Assembly (NCBI GenBank): GCA_963833985.1
Contig: CAWIAD010000002.1
Location: forward strand, 5,216,001-5,280,000
Reading direction: 5' to 3'
Source of the DNA: an uncultured Planctomycetaceae bacterium
GTDB taxonomy: Bacteria; Planctomycetota; Planctomycetia; Isosphaerales; Isosphaeraceae
Length of the DNA stretch: 64,000 nt
Part shown: one piece after another, positions 1-8,376 of the stretch
How positions within the stretch are numbered: the first letter of the stretch is position 1
Layout: the number at the start of each line of letters is the position of its first letter
Notes under the pieces: generated by a model
What the model saw: the letters and a program-made list of their open reading frames with translations, nothing else
What the model was told of the DNA's origin: nothing
Database searches by the model: none
Made by a program: the position numbers and the translations under genes

Positions 1-292
1 GCCGGAATTGCTTGCCGGGGCCAGCCTGGTTCTCATCGGCAAGGACGGTCTGACCGTGGTCCTGGCCGGCGGGCCCCCACCGCGGCGCGTGAGCGTCCGG
101 CATGTGGCCCAGGGAACGACCGGCCAGGGCCTGCGCCGCTCGGCGATCTCCACCCGGCTACCGCAGGTGGATGCCGCCGAACTGGCGCGGGGCGTGGCAC
201 GGCACGTCGCGACCCAGGGCGCTCTTGCCTCGAACTTGCCGGCGGAACTTCAAAGCGAGCTGGCCAAGGTCTGGCCGGCCCGGGAATCTTGA
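1..292 (+). CDS. flhB: C-terminal (cytoplasmic) part of a divergent FlhB/EscU-family export switch protein, 5'-truncated by the window edge
   Basis: Frame 2 reads PELLAGASLVLIGKDGLTVVL...VAQG...LRRSA...LPQVDAAELARGV, which lines up by eye with the FlhB-C pattern (ADVVITNPTHYAVAL...VVAKG...IRE.A...VPIVENPPLARAL); lies directly upstream of flhA. NPTH is absent. Confidence 0.6.
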   Translation, partial: PELLAGASLVLIGKDGLTVVLAGGPPPRRVSVRHVAQGTTGQGLRRSAISTRLPQVDAAELARGVARHVATQGALASNLPAELQSELAKVWPARES

Positions 293-678
293 CCTCCGCA
301 GTTAAAGAAAGCATTGAGCGCGAGACGCGAGATCCGCGACCAAAAGACAAATAGAGCGAGTACCGGGGCGATTGCGGGGGCCATATCGGCTCAATTAAAC
401 TGCCCACGAACGCCGCATTCGCTCTGGACAGTGGCGGACCTCGGCGGTAGATTTCCCGCACACATCAGCCGAGAGCCAGCTCTGGCTTCCCTTGATCAAT
501 ATTCACCAACCCGGCGCGGGCCGGTGTTTCGCTGGACGGTCTTCGCGAAGAGTCTCGGGAGCGCGGTTCCAGGCGACGGCGAGGTCGCCGGCGGTTCCGG
601 CCTGTCGACCGGGTGCTACGGCCTTGCGAAACCGACCGGCCGCCGTACGTGGATTTCAAAGGCCTGTGGAGGACGCGG

Positions 679-2925
679 ATGCCTGGCACGACGTCGAGTT
701 CACCGGCCTCGGGATGGAGCCAGGCCCTGGGATTGGCCCTGCCGGTCGTGATCATCGGCGCGATCCTCGTGTTCGTGATTCCCATCCCGCCCGTGCTGCT
801 CGACGTCCTGCTCTCGGCCAACCTGACGCTGGCGGTGGTGGTGCTGCTCACCACCCTGGCGATCCGCACGCCGCAGGAATTCAGCGCCTTCCCGACGATT
901 CTCCTGACCACGACCCTGACACGGCTGGTGCTCAACGTGGCGACGACGCGTCTGGTGCTCACTCATGGTGGGGATGACGGGCTAGACGCTGCCGGCGGCG
1001 TGATCCGCTCGTTCGGTGAATTCGTGGCGGGCGACCAGGTGCTCGTGGGCGTGATCCTGTTCTCGATCCTCGTGGTGATCCAGTTCGTGGTGATCACGCG
1101 CGGGGCGACCCGGATCAGCGAGGTGGCGGCGCGGTTCATGCTCGACGGTCTGCCCGGCCGGCAGATGGCCATCGACGCCGACCTGCATGCCGGACTCATC
1201 GACCAGCATGAGGCGCACAAGCGGCGCGACGAGGTTTATCGCCAGGCCGACTTCTTCGGCGCCATGGACGGTGCCGGCAAGTTCGTCCGCGGCGATGCCA
1301 TCGCCGGTGTCGTGATCCTGATGGTGAACATCTCGGGCGGATTGTTCCTGGGGATCGTGAACCACCAGATGAGCCTGGGCGAGGCGGTCAATGTCTTCAC
1401 CAAGCTGACCATTGGGGACGGCCTGGTGAGCCAGGTGCCAGCCTTCCTGATCTCACTGGCGGCGGGCCTGATCGTGACCCGCTCGTCGTCGTCGACCGAC
1501 CTGGGCCATGACGTGGTCAGCCAGCTCTTCAGCAGGCGGGGCGTGATGGGAACGGCCGCGGCCTTCCTCGGTTTGCTCCTGTTCACGCCGCTTCCCAAGC
1601 TGCCGCTCATGGTGCTTGCGGGGGGGCTGGCGACCGCGGCACTCTGGCTGCGGACGAATCCGGACGAGACCGCGACACAGGAACCGCACACACACCCTGC
1701 CCCGGCGCGGCAGCGCGAGCGGCGAACGGGTGACGGAGGCGGAAACGCAGCGCGAAGGGAGAATGCCGGAGCGACGCGGGTGGCTGAGCGTGCCACGTTG
1801 GTCCCCAAGGAAAGCTCCAGCATCGCCGGTCCTAACTCCGAGGGCATGGACGATCTCTTGCACGTCGATCCGCTGGAGCTGGAGATCGGGTTCCGGCTCA
1901 TCGGCCTGGCCGATCCGACGCGTGGAGGAGACCTGCTGGAGCGGCTGCGCACGGTCCGGCAACAGGTGGCTCGCGAGCTCGGTCTGATCGTCCCGCAGGT
2001 GCGGATTCATGATCAGATCAGCCTTGCGCCCAACGATTACCGGGTCAAGATCCGGGGGACGGTCGTCGGTCAGGGAACGGCCTACACCGGCCGGCTACTC
2101 GCGATTCCGCCGGCGGGGATGGTGTCACGGCCCGACGGCCGCGACGGGGTCGACCCGGTCACCGGCCTGCCGGCGGTCTGGATTCACGCGGACGGCCGCG
2201 AAGTCGCCGAGCTGGCGGGCTGCCAGATCCTTGAGGCGTCGGCCGTGGTGGCCGGACATTTCGGTGAGATCGTCCGCAACCACGCCGACGAACTCTTGAC
2301 GCGTGAGCAGATCGAGCGGCTGCTCGACCGCGTGAAAACCTCGGCGCCCACCCTGGCCGCCGAGGTGGTGCCGGCCCTGCTCCGCCCCGGAGAGCTACAG
2401 CGCGTGCTCCAGAACCTGCTCCGCGAGCGCGTGAGCATCCGCGACCTGGAAACCATTCTCGAAGCCCTGGCGGTCCATGCCGGCCGGACCAAGGACATCG
2501 ACGTGCTCACCGAGCACGCGCGTCAGAGCGTGGCCCGGCAGATCACCGAGAGCTACCGTGGCGGTGACGGCCGGCTGCGTGTGGTGACGTTGTCGCGGGC
2601 GCTTGACGCCCGGCTCACGGCAGCGGGCAGCCAGACCGACGTCCGACCGACCGAGGCACTGGGCGATGAGACTGCCCGGAGCATCGTCCGCGCCGTGGCG
2701 TACGCGGTGGGCAACCTGATCGAGGCCGGCCTGGCGCCCTTGATCCTGACATCGACGCCCGCCCGGGCCGTGCTCAAGGACCTGACGCGGGCCGACCTGC
2801 CCCGGCTGGTCGTGCTCAGCCAGCGGGAGATCCCGCGCGACACGCCGGTCGAGGTGCTGGGAACCGTGCTCGAGGAAGAGCCGGAAAGCGTGACCACCTT
2901 CTCCACCACCGAGGCCATGGCCTGA
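679..2925 (+). CDS. flhA: Flagellar export gate protein FlhA
   Basis: FHIPEP motifs RISEVAARFMLDGLPGRQMAIDADL and FFGAMDGAGKFVRGDAIAG; N-terminal TM segments; C-terminal LQNLLRERVSIRDLETILE; GGAGGA before ATG 679. Confidence 0.96.
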   Translation: MPGTTSSSPASGWSQALGLALPVVIIGAILVFVIPIPPVLLDVLLSANLTLAVVVLLTTLAIRTPQEFSAFPTILLTTTLTRLVLNVATTRLVLTHGGDDGLDAAGGVIRSFGEFVAGDQVLVGVILFSILVVIQFVVITRGATRISEVAARFMLDGLPGRQMAIDADLHAGLIDQHEAHKRRDEVYRQADFFGAMDGAGKFVRGDAIAGVVILMVNISGGLFLGIVNHQMSLGEAVNVFTKLTIGDGLVSQVPAFLISLAAGLIVTRSSSSTDLGHDVVSQLFSRRGVMGTAAAFLGLLLFTPLPKLPLMVLAGGLATAALWLRTNPDETATQEPHTHPAPARQRERRTGDGGGNAARRENAGATRVAERATLVPKESSSIAGPNSEGMDDLLHVDPLELEIGFRLIGLADPTRGGDLLERLRTVRQQVARELGLIVPQVRIHDQISLAPNDYRVKIRGTVVGQGTAYTGRLLAIPPAGMVSRPDGRDGVDPVTGLPAVWIHADGREVAELAGCQILEASAVVAGHFGEIVRNHADELLTREQIERLLDRVKTSAPTLAAEVVPALLRPGELQRVLQNLLRERVSIRDLETILEALAVHAGRTKDIDVLTEHARQSVARQITESYRGGDGRLRVVTLSRALDARLTAAGSQTDVRPTEALGDETARSIVRAVAYAVGNLIEAGLAPLILTSTPARAVLKDLTRADLPRLVVLSQREIPRDTPVEVLGTVLEEEPESVTTFSTTEAMA

Positions 2926-2949
2926 GCCATGAAACCAGAGAGTCCGAGC

Positions 2950-4094
2950 ATGGGAGCAAGAACCTACAGGGCCAGAACCATGAAAGAGGCGCTGGCGCGG
3001 GTGCGCCGGGACCTCGGCGGCGACGCCGTCATCCTGGCCTCGCGTGAGGTGCGCAGGCGGAGACTCTTCGGGCTCGGCGCAGGAGCTGATCGAGGTGACT
3101 GCCTCTTCCACCATGCCCGCGGACCTGCCGTCCCTGCTGGGTCCGGAAGTCGCCGGACCGGCGCGACTCGCTCGGTTCCACGCTCTCGGCCGGTGCCCAG
3201 GCGCGGTTTGGAACACAGCTCAGCCAGCTTCATGCCATGGTGGAATCGCTGAGCCGGCAAGGCAGAATTGACCATCTGCTGCCGGACCTTCCCGGCGACC
3301 TGGTTCCGACGTACGCCCGGCTGGTCGAGGCGGATGTCCCGGAAGCGCTGGCCCGCCGGCTGGTCCGGTACGTGGCCGAGGGACTGGAGGATAGCCCGCA
3401 AGGCAACCGGCCGTCCATCGACCGGGCGCTCTGCGAGGCGGTCGAGCAATGCATCGCGATCGCGCCGCCGATCCGCGCGGTCGTGGGAACCCGGCGGATG
3501 GTGGCCCTGGTGGGGCCGACCGGGGTGGGCAAGACGACCACGGTGGCCAAGCTGGCGGCCAACTTCAAGCTCGTCCATGGTTTGCGGGTGGGCCTGGTCA
3601 CCGTGGATACGTACCGGATCGCCGCGGTGGAGCAACTGAAGACCTACGCCGAGATCATCGACCTGCCGCTGGCCGTGGCCAACGATCCAGGCCAGATGCA
3701 GCAGGCGGTGGATGAGCTGGGCGCGGTGGACATGGTCTTCATCGACACCACGGGGAGGAGCCCCCGCGACGAGATCAAGATCCGCGAACTGGCCGACTTC
3801 ATGGCACAGGCGCGGCCGGACGAGGTCCACCTGGTGCTCAGCGCGGGGGCTGCGGAGCGCACGCTCCGCTCGGCCATCGAGCGCTTCGCCGCCGTCAGGG
3901 CCGACCGCCTGATCTTGACCAAGCTTGACGAGGCTGAAGGCCTGGGAGCGATCCTGGGCGTACTGGGCCAGATGGATCGTCCGGTCAGCTACCTGACCAC
4001 GGGCCAGGCCGTGCCGGAAGACATCGAGCCGGCGGACCGCAAGCGGCTGGCTCGACTGATCCTCGGAATGGAGGCGATCGGTTGCGAACCCTGA
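2950..4094 (+). CDS. flhF: Flagellar SRP-type GTPase FlhF (two apparent frameshifts, near 3080 and ~3200)
   Basis: N-terminus RTYRARTMKEALARVRRDLGGDAVIL; GTPase motifs GPTGVGKTTT, DTYRIAAVEQL, DTTGRS, TKLDE, TGQAVPEDI; directly follows flhA. Confidence 0.92.
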
Positions 4095-4148
4095 TTTGTA
4101 CGAGGGGCCCGAAGCGCGGCCGGACAGGCCGGGAGGGGAGGTGGCACG

Positions 4149-4388
4149 ATGTCCGACCAGGCGGACAGTCTGCGGCAGCTCGTCCGGGCCCAGCGCCAGT
4201 GGCGTGAGCTCGCCCTGCAAGAGCAGTCCGCGGCACTCGCGTCCGGACCGTTCGCGAAGTCCGCAATGCCGCAACTGCGGACCGCCGGGCATGACCGGCC
4301 GTCCGGTCCCGGCCACGCGGTCGGCCAGTTCGTGGGGCGGGCGGTGCGCTGGGCCGTGGGCCGCCGGGGCGTTCGGAAATGTTCTTGA
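4149..4388 (+). CDS. 79-aa FlhG/FleN remnant: N-terminal DQAxxLR activator segment only, no MinD ATPase domain
   Basis: MSDQADSLRQLV carries the FlhG DQAxxLR motif; GGAGG-rich RBS upstream; occupies the flhG position between flhF and fliA. Confidence 0.65.
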   Translation: MSDQADSLRQLVRAQRQWRELALQEQSAALASGPFAKSAMPQLRTAGHDRPSGPGHAVGQFVGRAVRWAVGRRGVRKCS

Positions 4389-4697
4389 TGGTTCGTGGCG
4401 TGAAACGGACCGTCACACAGGAGAAAGGAGAATCGGCATGGAAGTCTCGATTTTCGGGTTGGCGTGAGAGTGCTGCTCAAGCCGGTTGGTCGGGTTGTCC
4501 GATATTCAATCAGGATCAAGTTCCTTGAACGGCGGGAGGTCAGAGGGCGGGCAAGCCACGGGCCGGGGCACCGGCGTCGCGGCCACCCAGAAATGGCGAC
4601 GCAGCACTGAGTGTTTCGCAACCACGTCGTGATCGTCGCTGGCCTGCCCTTGACACATGGATGTGGGTCCTTCCGCTCAGGCGACACGGAGGTCAGG

Positions 4698-5474
4698 ATG
4701 TCAACCAAGGTGGATGTGGATGTAGCCGAACTCTGGCGTGAGTTCAAGGAACACCCCACCACGGAATTACGGAACCAACTGGTCGAGCGCTACTTGCCTC
4801 TGGTCAAGTACAACGCCGAACGGATCTGGCAGCGGCTGCCCGAGGGGGTCGATCTGGACGATCTGATCTCCGCAGGGGTGTTTGGGTTGATGGACGCCAT
4901 CGATGCGTTCGACCTCGGCCGCGGCGTCAAGTTCGAGACCTATTGTGTTCCGCGGATTCGCGGCGCCATGCTCGATGAGCTGCGCACTATGGACTGGGTT
5001 CCGCGCCTGGTCCGCTCCAAGGCCACCAAGATGGAGGAGGCGCGCAAGGAGCTGGAAGCGCGCCATGGCCGCCCGCCCACCGATGCCGAGCTCGCCGCGC
5101 AGCTCGGTCTGCCCATGGAAGAATATGAGAAGATGGCGCTCGACTCCAACGCGGTCGGGCTGATCAGCCTGAACAAGAAGTGGTACGAGACCGACAGCTA
5201 CAAGGATGTCCGCGAAATCGACATCCTCGAGGATAAGAAAGGGGAAGACCCCACCCGCCGGCTCCAGCGCAAAGACCTGATGCGCATGGTCACCAAGGGG
5301 TTGAACCGCAATGAGCGGCTCATCATTATTCTTTACTATTATGAAGAGTTGACGATGAAGGAGATCGGCGCCACGCTGGACCTCAGCGAGTCGCGGGTTT
5401 CCCAGATGCACTCCTCGATCATTCAGCGGCTGCAATCTCAGCTCTCGACCCGGCGGCCCGAGTTCGGCACCTGA
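4698..5474 (+). CDS. fliA: FliA/WhiG family RNA polymerase sigma-28 factor
   Basis: RNQLVERYLPLVKY, DDLISAGVFGLMDAIDAFD, RIRGAMLDELRTMDWVPR, LYYYEELTMKEIG..LDLSESRVSQMH; GGAGG before ATG 4698. Confidence 0.96.
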   Translation: MSTKVDVDVAELWREFKEHPTTELRNQLVERYLPLVKYNAERIWQRLPEGVDLDDLISAGVFGLMDAIDAFDLGRGVKFETYCVPRIRGAMLDELRTMDWVPRLVRSKATKMEEARKELEARHGRPPTDAELAAQLGLPMEEYEKMALDSNAVGLISLNKKWYETDSYKDVREIDILEDKKGEDPTRRLQRKDLMRMVTKGLNRNERLIIILYYYEELTMKEIGATLDLSESRVSQMHSSIIQRLQSQLSTRRPEFGT

Positions 5475-5782
5475 AACGGGTGGCCTGGCAGCAGATCCGT
5501 CGTGGCCGACCTGGCTGCGGCGGACTTGTGCCGCGGCTTCAAGGGGCGCTGCGAACGCCAGAGCGCGGCGACGAGGATCAGCAAGACGGCGATCCCCACG
5601 ATCCAGAGGACGGCCTTCACGCCTGACGAGAGGGGGACGGCGGGTGTCTCGCGGAGATAGACGGGGAACGGCTTGACGGCCGGACGATCGGCCGCGGCCG
5701 CGTTCGGATCGACGAACAACTCCTGCTCTCGCTTCTTGATCGAGAGCTCCTGCTCGGGCATGTTCCGCGCTTCCGAACTCAT
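5438..5782 (-). CDS. Small single-pass membrane protein, unknown function
   Basis: ORF with one clear TM segment (VKAVLWIVGIAVLLILVAALW) after a charged N-terminus. Confidence 0.6.
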   Translation of the reverse strand: MSSEARNMPEQELSIKKREQELFVDPNAAAADRPAVKPFPVYLRETPAVPLSSGVKAVLWIVGIAVLLILVAALWRSQRPLKPRHKSAAARSATTDLLPGHPFQVPNSGRRVES

Positions 5783-5844
5783 GCGACCGGTCCCGGGTCA
5801 TGACGTCCGCAGCCCCAACGTGAGGCAGTTCCCTCTCTTCAAGA

Positions 5845-6690
5845 CTAGGGCGAACCCGGCCTGCTGGCAATGGCTCCCCTTCTGGGCTGCTGCCGGCCCC
5901 GGCGGGCCATGAAGAACCAGTCCCAGCTGGGGGGAAAGTTGCACAGCTCCACGCTTCCCGGCTGCGTTTCCTCCCAGGGATAGAGAACCTTGCTCAGCCG
6001 GACGTCGCGAAAGCCGGCCCTGCCCAGGCGATGTTCCACCTCGAAGGGAAGCCAGAACTTCTGCCGCAATCCCTCGAACTTGAAGGTTCCGAACGCGAAG
6101 TCGTAATACCGATGCTCGGCGTGGTGCCGCGTGAACCGCATGGCTTCCGGCGGCTCCAGGCCTTGTTCGAGCGTCTGATCCAGCACCAGCATCGTCTGGT
6201 ACTGGATGGCGTCGATGGATGGCACGATCCCGAGCAAGACCCCGCCCGGCCGCAAGCTGGCGTGAATCGATTGCAGCGTCCGCTCGATCAGGCGGACGTC
6301 GGGCATGACGAGTGAATTCACGGTGATGGCCACGTCCACCTGGCCAGCCAGGTCGTCCAGGTCGTGCATGGCGCGGTTCAGAAACTCGACCCGGCCCGCT
6401 TGCTCCGGACCAAGACGCTGTTGCGCGGAGGCCAGCATCGCGGGAGCGAAATCGAGCGCCAGGACGCGCCCGAAGCGCCCCAGCAGGTAGGGCAGTAGCG
6501 GACCCGTTCCGCAACCCAGGTCGGCCACGGTCTTGCGGCCGGGACTGGCGACCGATTCGAGTGCGGCCCAGATCGGGTTCTGCACGCCAGGGGCAAACGG
6601 GTCGACGAACGTCGCGGCATAGCTGGCGGCGTGCCGGCTCCACTGCCGCCCCTGATTCCCGAGTAACTCCATGGGATCATTCACAGTCAT
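5845..6690 (-). CDS. Class I SAM-dependent methyltransferase
   Basis: Motif I VADLGCGTG followed by LALDFAPAML and LRPGGVL; start uncertain (6672/6690). Confidence 0.85.
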   Translation of the reverse strand: MTVNDPMELLGNQGRQWSRHAASYAATFVDPFAPGVQNPIWAALESVASPGRKTVADLGCGTGPLLPYLLGRFGRVLALDFAPAMLASAQQRLGPEQAGRVEFLNRAMHDLDDLAGQVDVAITVNSLVMPDVRLIERTLQSIHASLRPGGVLLGIVPSIDAIQYQTMLVLDQTLEQGLEPPEAMRFTRHHAEHRYYDFAFGTFKFEGLRQKFWLPFEVEHRLGRAGFRDVRLSKVLYPWEETQPGSVELCNFPPSWDWFFMARRGRQQPRRGAIASRPGSP

Positions 6691-6865
6691 GACCATCTTC
6701 AGCGCCGAGATCGTGGCTCGAGAGTCCCCGCGGGCCGATGTAACGTTCGCCCGAGCCAGAGTATGGGTGCTGCTGTGAATAGCATGGAACACCCTGACGG
6801 GCAGGTCAAACCCGGAGCCCGCCGCAAGACAGACGCGAGAGGATCCAGGGTCGGTCCTGGGCTGG

Positions 6866-7423
6866 TCACAGGCCCTGGGGTCCGGGGGTGGCTGCCCGGG
6901 GCGCCTCGGGTATCAGGCGGATCACGTCGATCGCCAGCCCCTGCGAGGTACCCAGCACGTCGCGACGGTACGATCGCGGGTAGCCCAGTTTCGGGTCCGG
7001 AGTGAAGCGCATCACCACCTTCGACCCCTTGGGTTGGCCAAACGGCTGTTCCGCCTTTTTCTGCTCCATTTCGTCGGCGATGGTCGTGAACAGGCCTTCG
7101 ACACCGTAGAACCGGGTCTCAGCCGGGTGCACGTCGAACCTCTGGCCGTCGGGCGCCACCGACTGCACGTCCCGCACCTGGCCGCGCCGCACGGTCACAT
7201 AGTAGTGGGCGTTTGTCTTTCCCGAGGCCGTCCATTCCAGGTCGTAATCGTGAATCCCCGCATCAGTCCAGAGCTTGCGCGCCGCCGCGAGTGTCTCAGG
7301 TGTCACGGTCTCGCCGCTGGAGCAGCGGGCGAACAGACAGACAGCGGTCAGGCCGGCCATGGCCAGCAAGGTCATGCCGATCGCCGGCCGCCGGATTCGT
7401 CGTCTCTCACGGGGTTCGCTCAT
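6866..7423 (-). CDS. Membrane-anchored/exported hypothetical protein (DUF6174-like)
   Basis: N-terminal hydrophobic segment, then LAAARKLW...IHDYDLEW...VTVRRG...VEGLF...DPKLGYP pattern; GGAG upstream of 7423. Confidence 0.55.
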   Translation of the reverse strand: MSEPRERRRIRRPAIGMTLLAMAGLTAVCLFARCSSGETVTPETLAAARKLWTDAGIHDYDLEWTASGKTNAHYYVTVRRGQVRDVQSVAPDGQRFDVHPAETRFYGVEGLFTTIADEMEQKKAEQPFGQPKGSKVVMRFTPDPKLGYPRSYRRDVLGTSQGLAIDVIRLIPEAPRAATPGPQGL

Positions 7424-7496
7424 CGCTCCGCTCCTCTCCTCTGGCTCGAAGGTCGTTCGCCCGCCCGGCCGGCCCCTGTCTGCAACATGCCAGGAA

Positions 7497-8216
7497 TCAG
7501 CACCCGGCGGCCAGCCTTGCGGCGCCGCCCAGGGGTTCGCCGGTCGCTGCAATCACAAGATTGTCAGGACTGGATGCGCCCTCGAGAAGCCTGGGCAGCG
7601 CCGTCAGATCAAAATGATTGGCGGTGCCGTACGCCCAGGTGGCAACCGAAGCCTTGCACCTCAACCACGCAGGGAGACGCTGCCACGCCGCCTGGGCCAG
7701 GTCGTCGATCGGCGTGGGCGAGACGACAATCACCCGCCGCCCCTGACGCATCGCCGCGACGATCGCCGCGACGCGGGGGTCTTCGGCGGGCGGCCGCGGG
7801 CGATTCCGAGACGAAAGGACGATCAGTCTGGCTGGCAACGGCCGATCCTGATCGTCCGGGCTCCAGTCGCGCCTCAGCGCTTTCGCGAACTCGAACGGCC
7901 ATCCGCCACCGAGCCAGTACGACCAGGGGTTGACGAAGACGGCATGGAACGCCAGCGCCCCGGGCCGCCCCTGGTCGTCGTCGCCCTGCGGCGCCACGTC
8001 CACGATCATCCAGGGCCCCTTGCTGATCCGTAATGCGAATGTGCAGGGTTGATCCAGGACGCCGGGCGGGCGCTCGCCAAATTTCTGCCCGGCCGCTTTC
8101 AGGGCATCGAGCCAGTCCGCGCGACAGCCGGCGGAAGACGAGAGCAAGGCATAGCCACGGCTCCAGAACGCAAAGCTGCCGTACACCGCTTGCTCGCAAC
8201 GGACCGTCCTCGTCAT
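7497..8216 (-). CDS. Hypothetical protein resembling a GTPase-associated protein 1 N-terminal (GAP1-N) domain
   Basis: EQAVYGSF...GYALLSSSAG...DDQGRPGALAFHAV pattern recalls GAP1-N domains; ORF fills the space divergent from the sirtuin gene. Confidence 0.45.
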   Translation of the reverse strand: MTRTVRCEQAVYGSFAFWSRGYALLSSSAGCRADWLDALKAAGQKFGERPPGVLDQPCTFALRISKGPWMIVDVAPQGDDDQGRPGALAFHAVFVNPWSYWLGGGWPFEFAKALRRDWSPDDQDRPLPARLIVLSSRNRPRPPAEDPRVAAIVAAMRQGRRVIVVSPTPIDDLAQAAWQRLPAWLRCKASVATWAYGTANHFDLTALPRLLEGASSPDNLVIAATGEPLGGAARLAAGC

Positions 8217-8277
8217 CTTGCCTCGGAGATCAAGTTAAGGGTGATGCCAAGCGTGGATGAAGGATTTTCAGGAATTC

Positions 8278-8307
8278 TTGAAGTCGCAGACTGAAGCATG
8301 GTATAAC
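8278..8307 (+). promoter_or_regulatory. Putative sigma70 promoter (extended -10) for the sirtuin gene
   Basis: TTGAAG (8278-8283), 18-bp spacer ending TGG, TATAAC (8302-8307), in AT-richer intergenic DNA. Confidence 0.45.
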
Positions 8308-8376
8308 AATTTCGCTCTTTGGTAATTGCTCAATCGGGCCTGACTGATCGTCAAGTCCGTCACTGCGAGTCTCACC

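Noticed and set aside
293..678. Sigma-28 promoter upstream of flhA (TAAA at 303 and 396)
   Set aside because: No GCCGATAA-like -10 at the expected ~15-bp spacing; the nearest candidate GCCGCATT is only 12 bp away.
2950..4094. flhF as a true pseudogene
   Set aside because: All GTPase motifs are intact and similar frameshifts hit essential genes in this window, so sequencing error is more likely.
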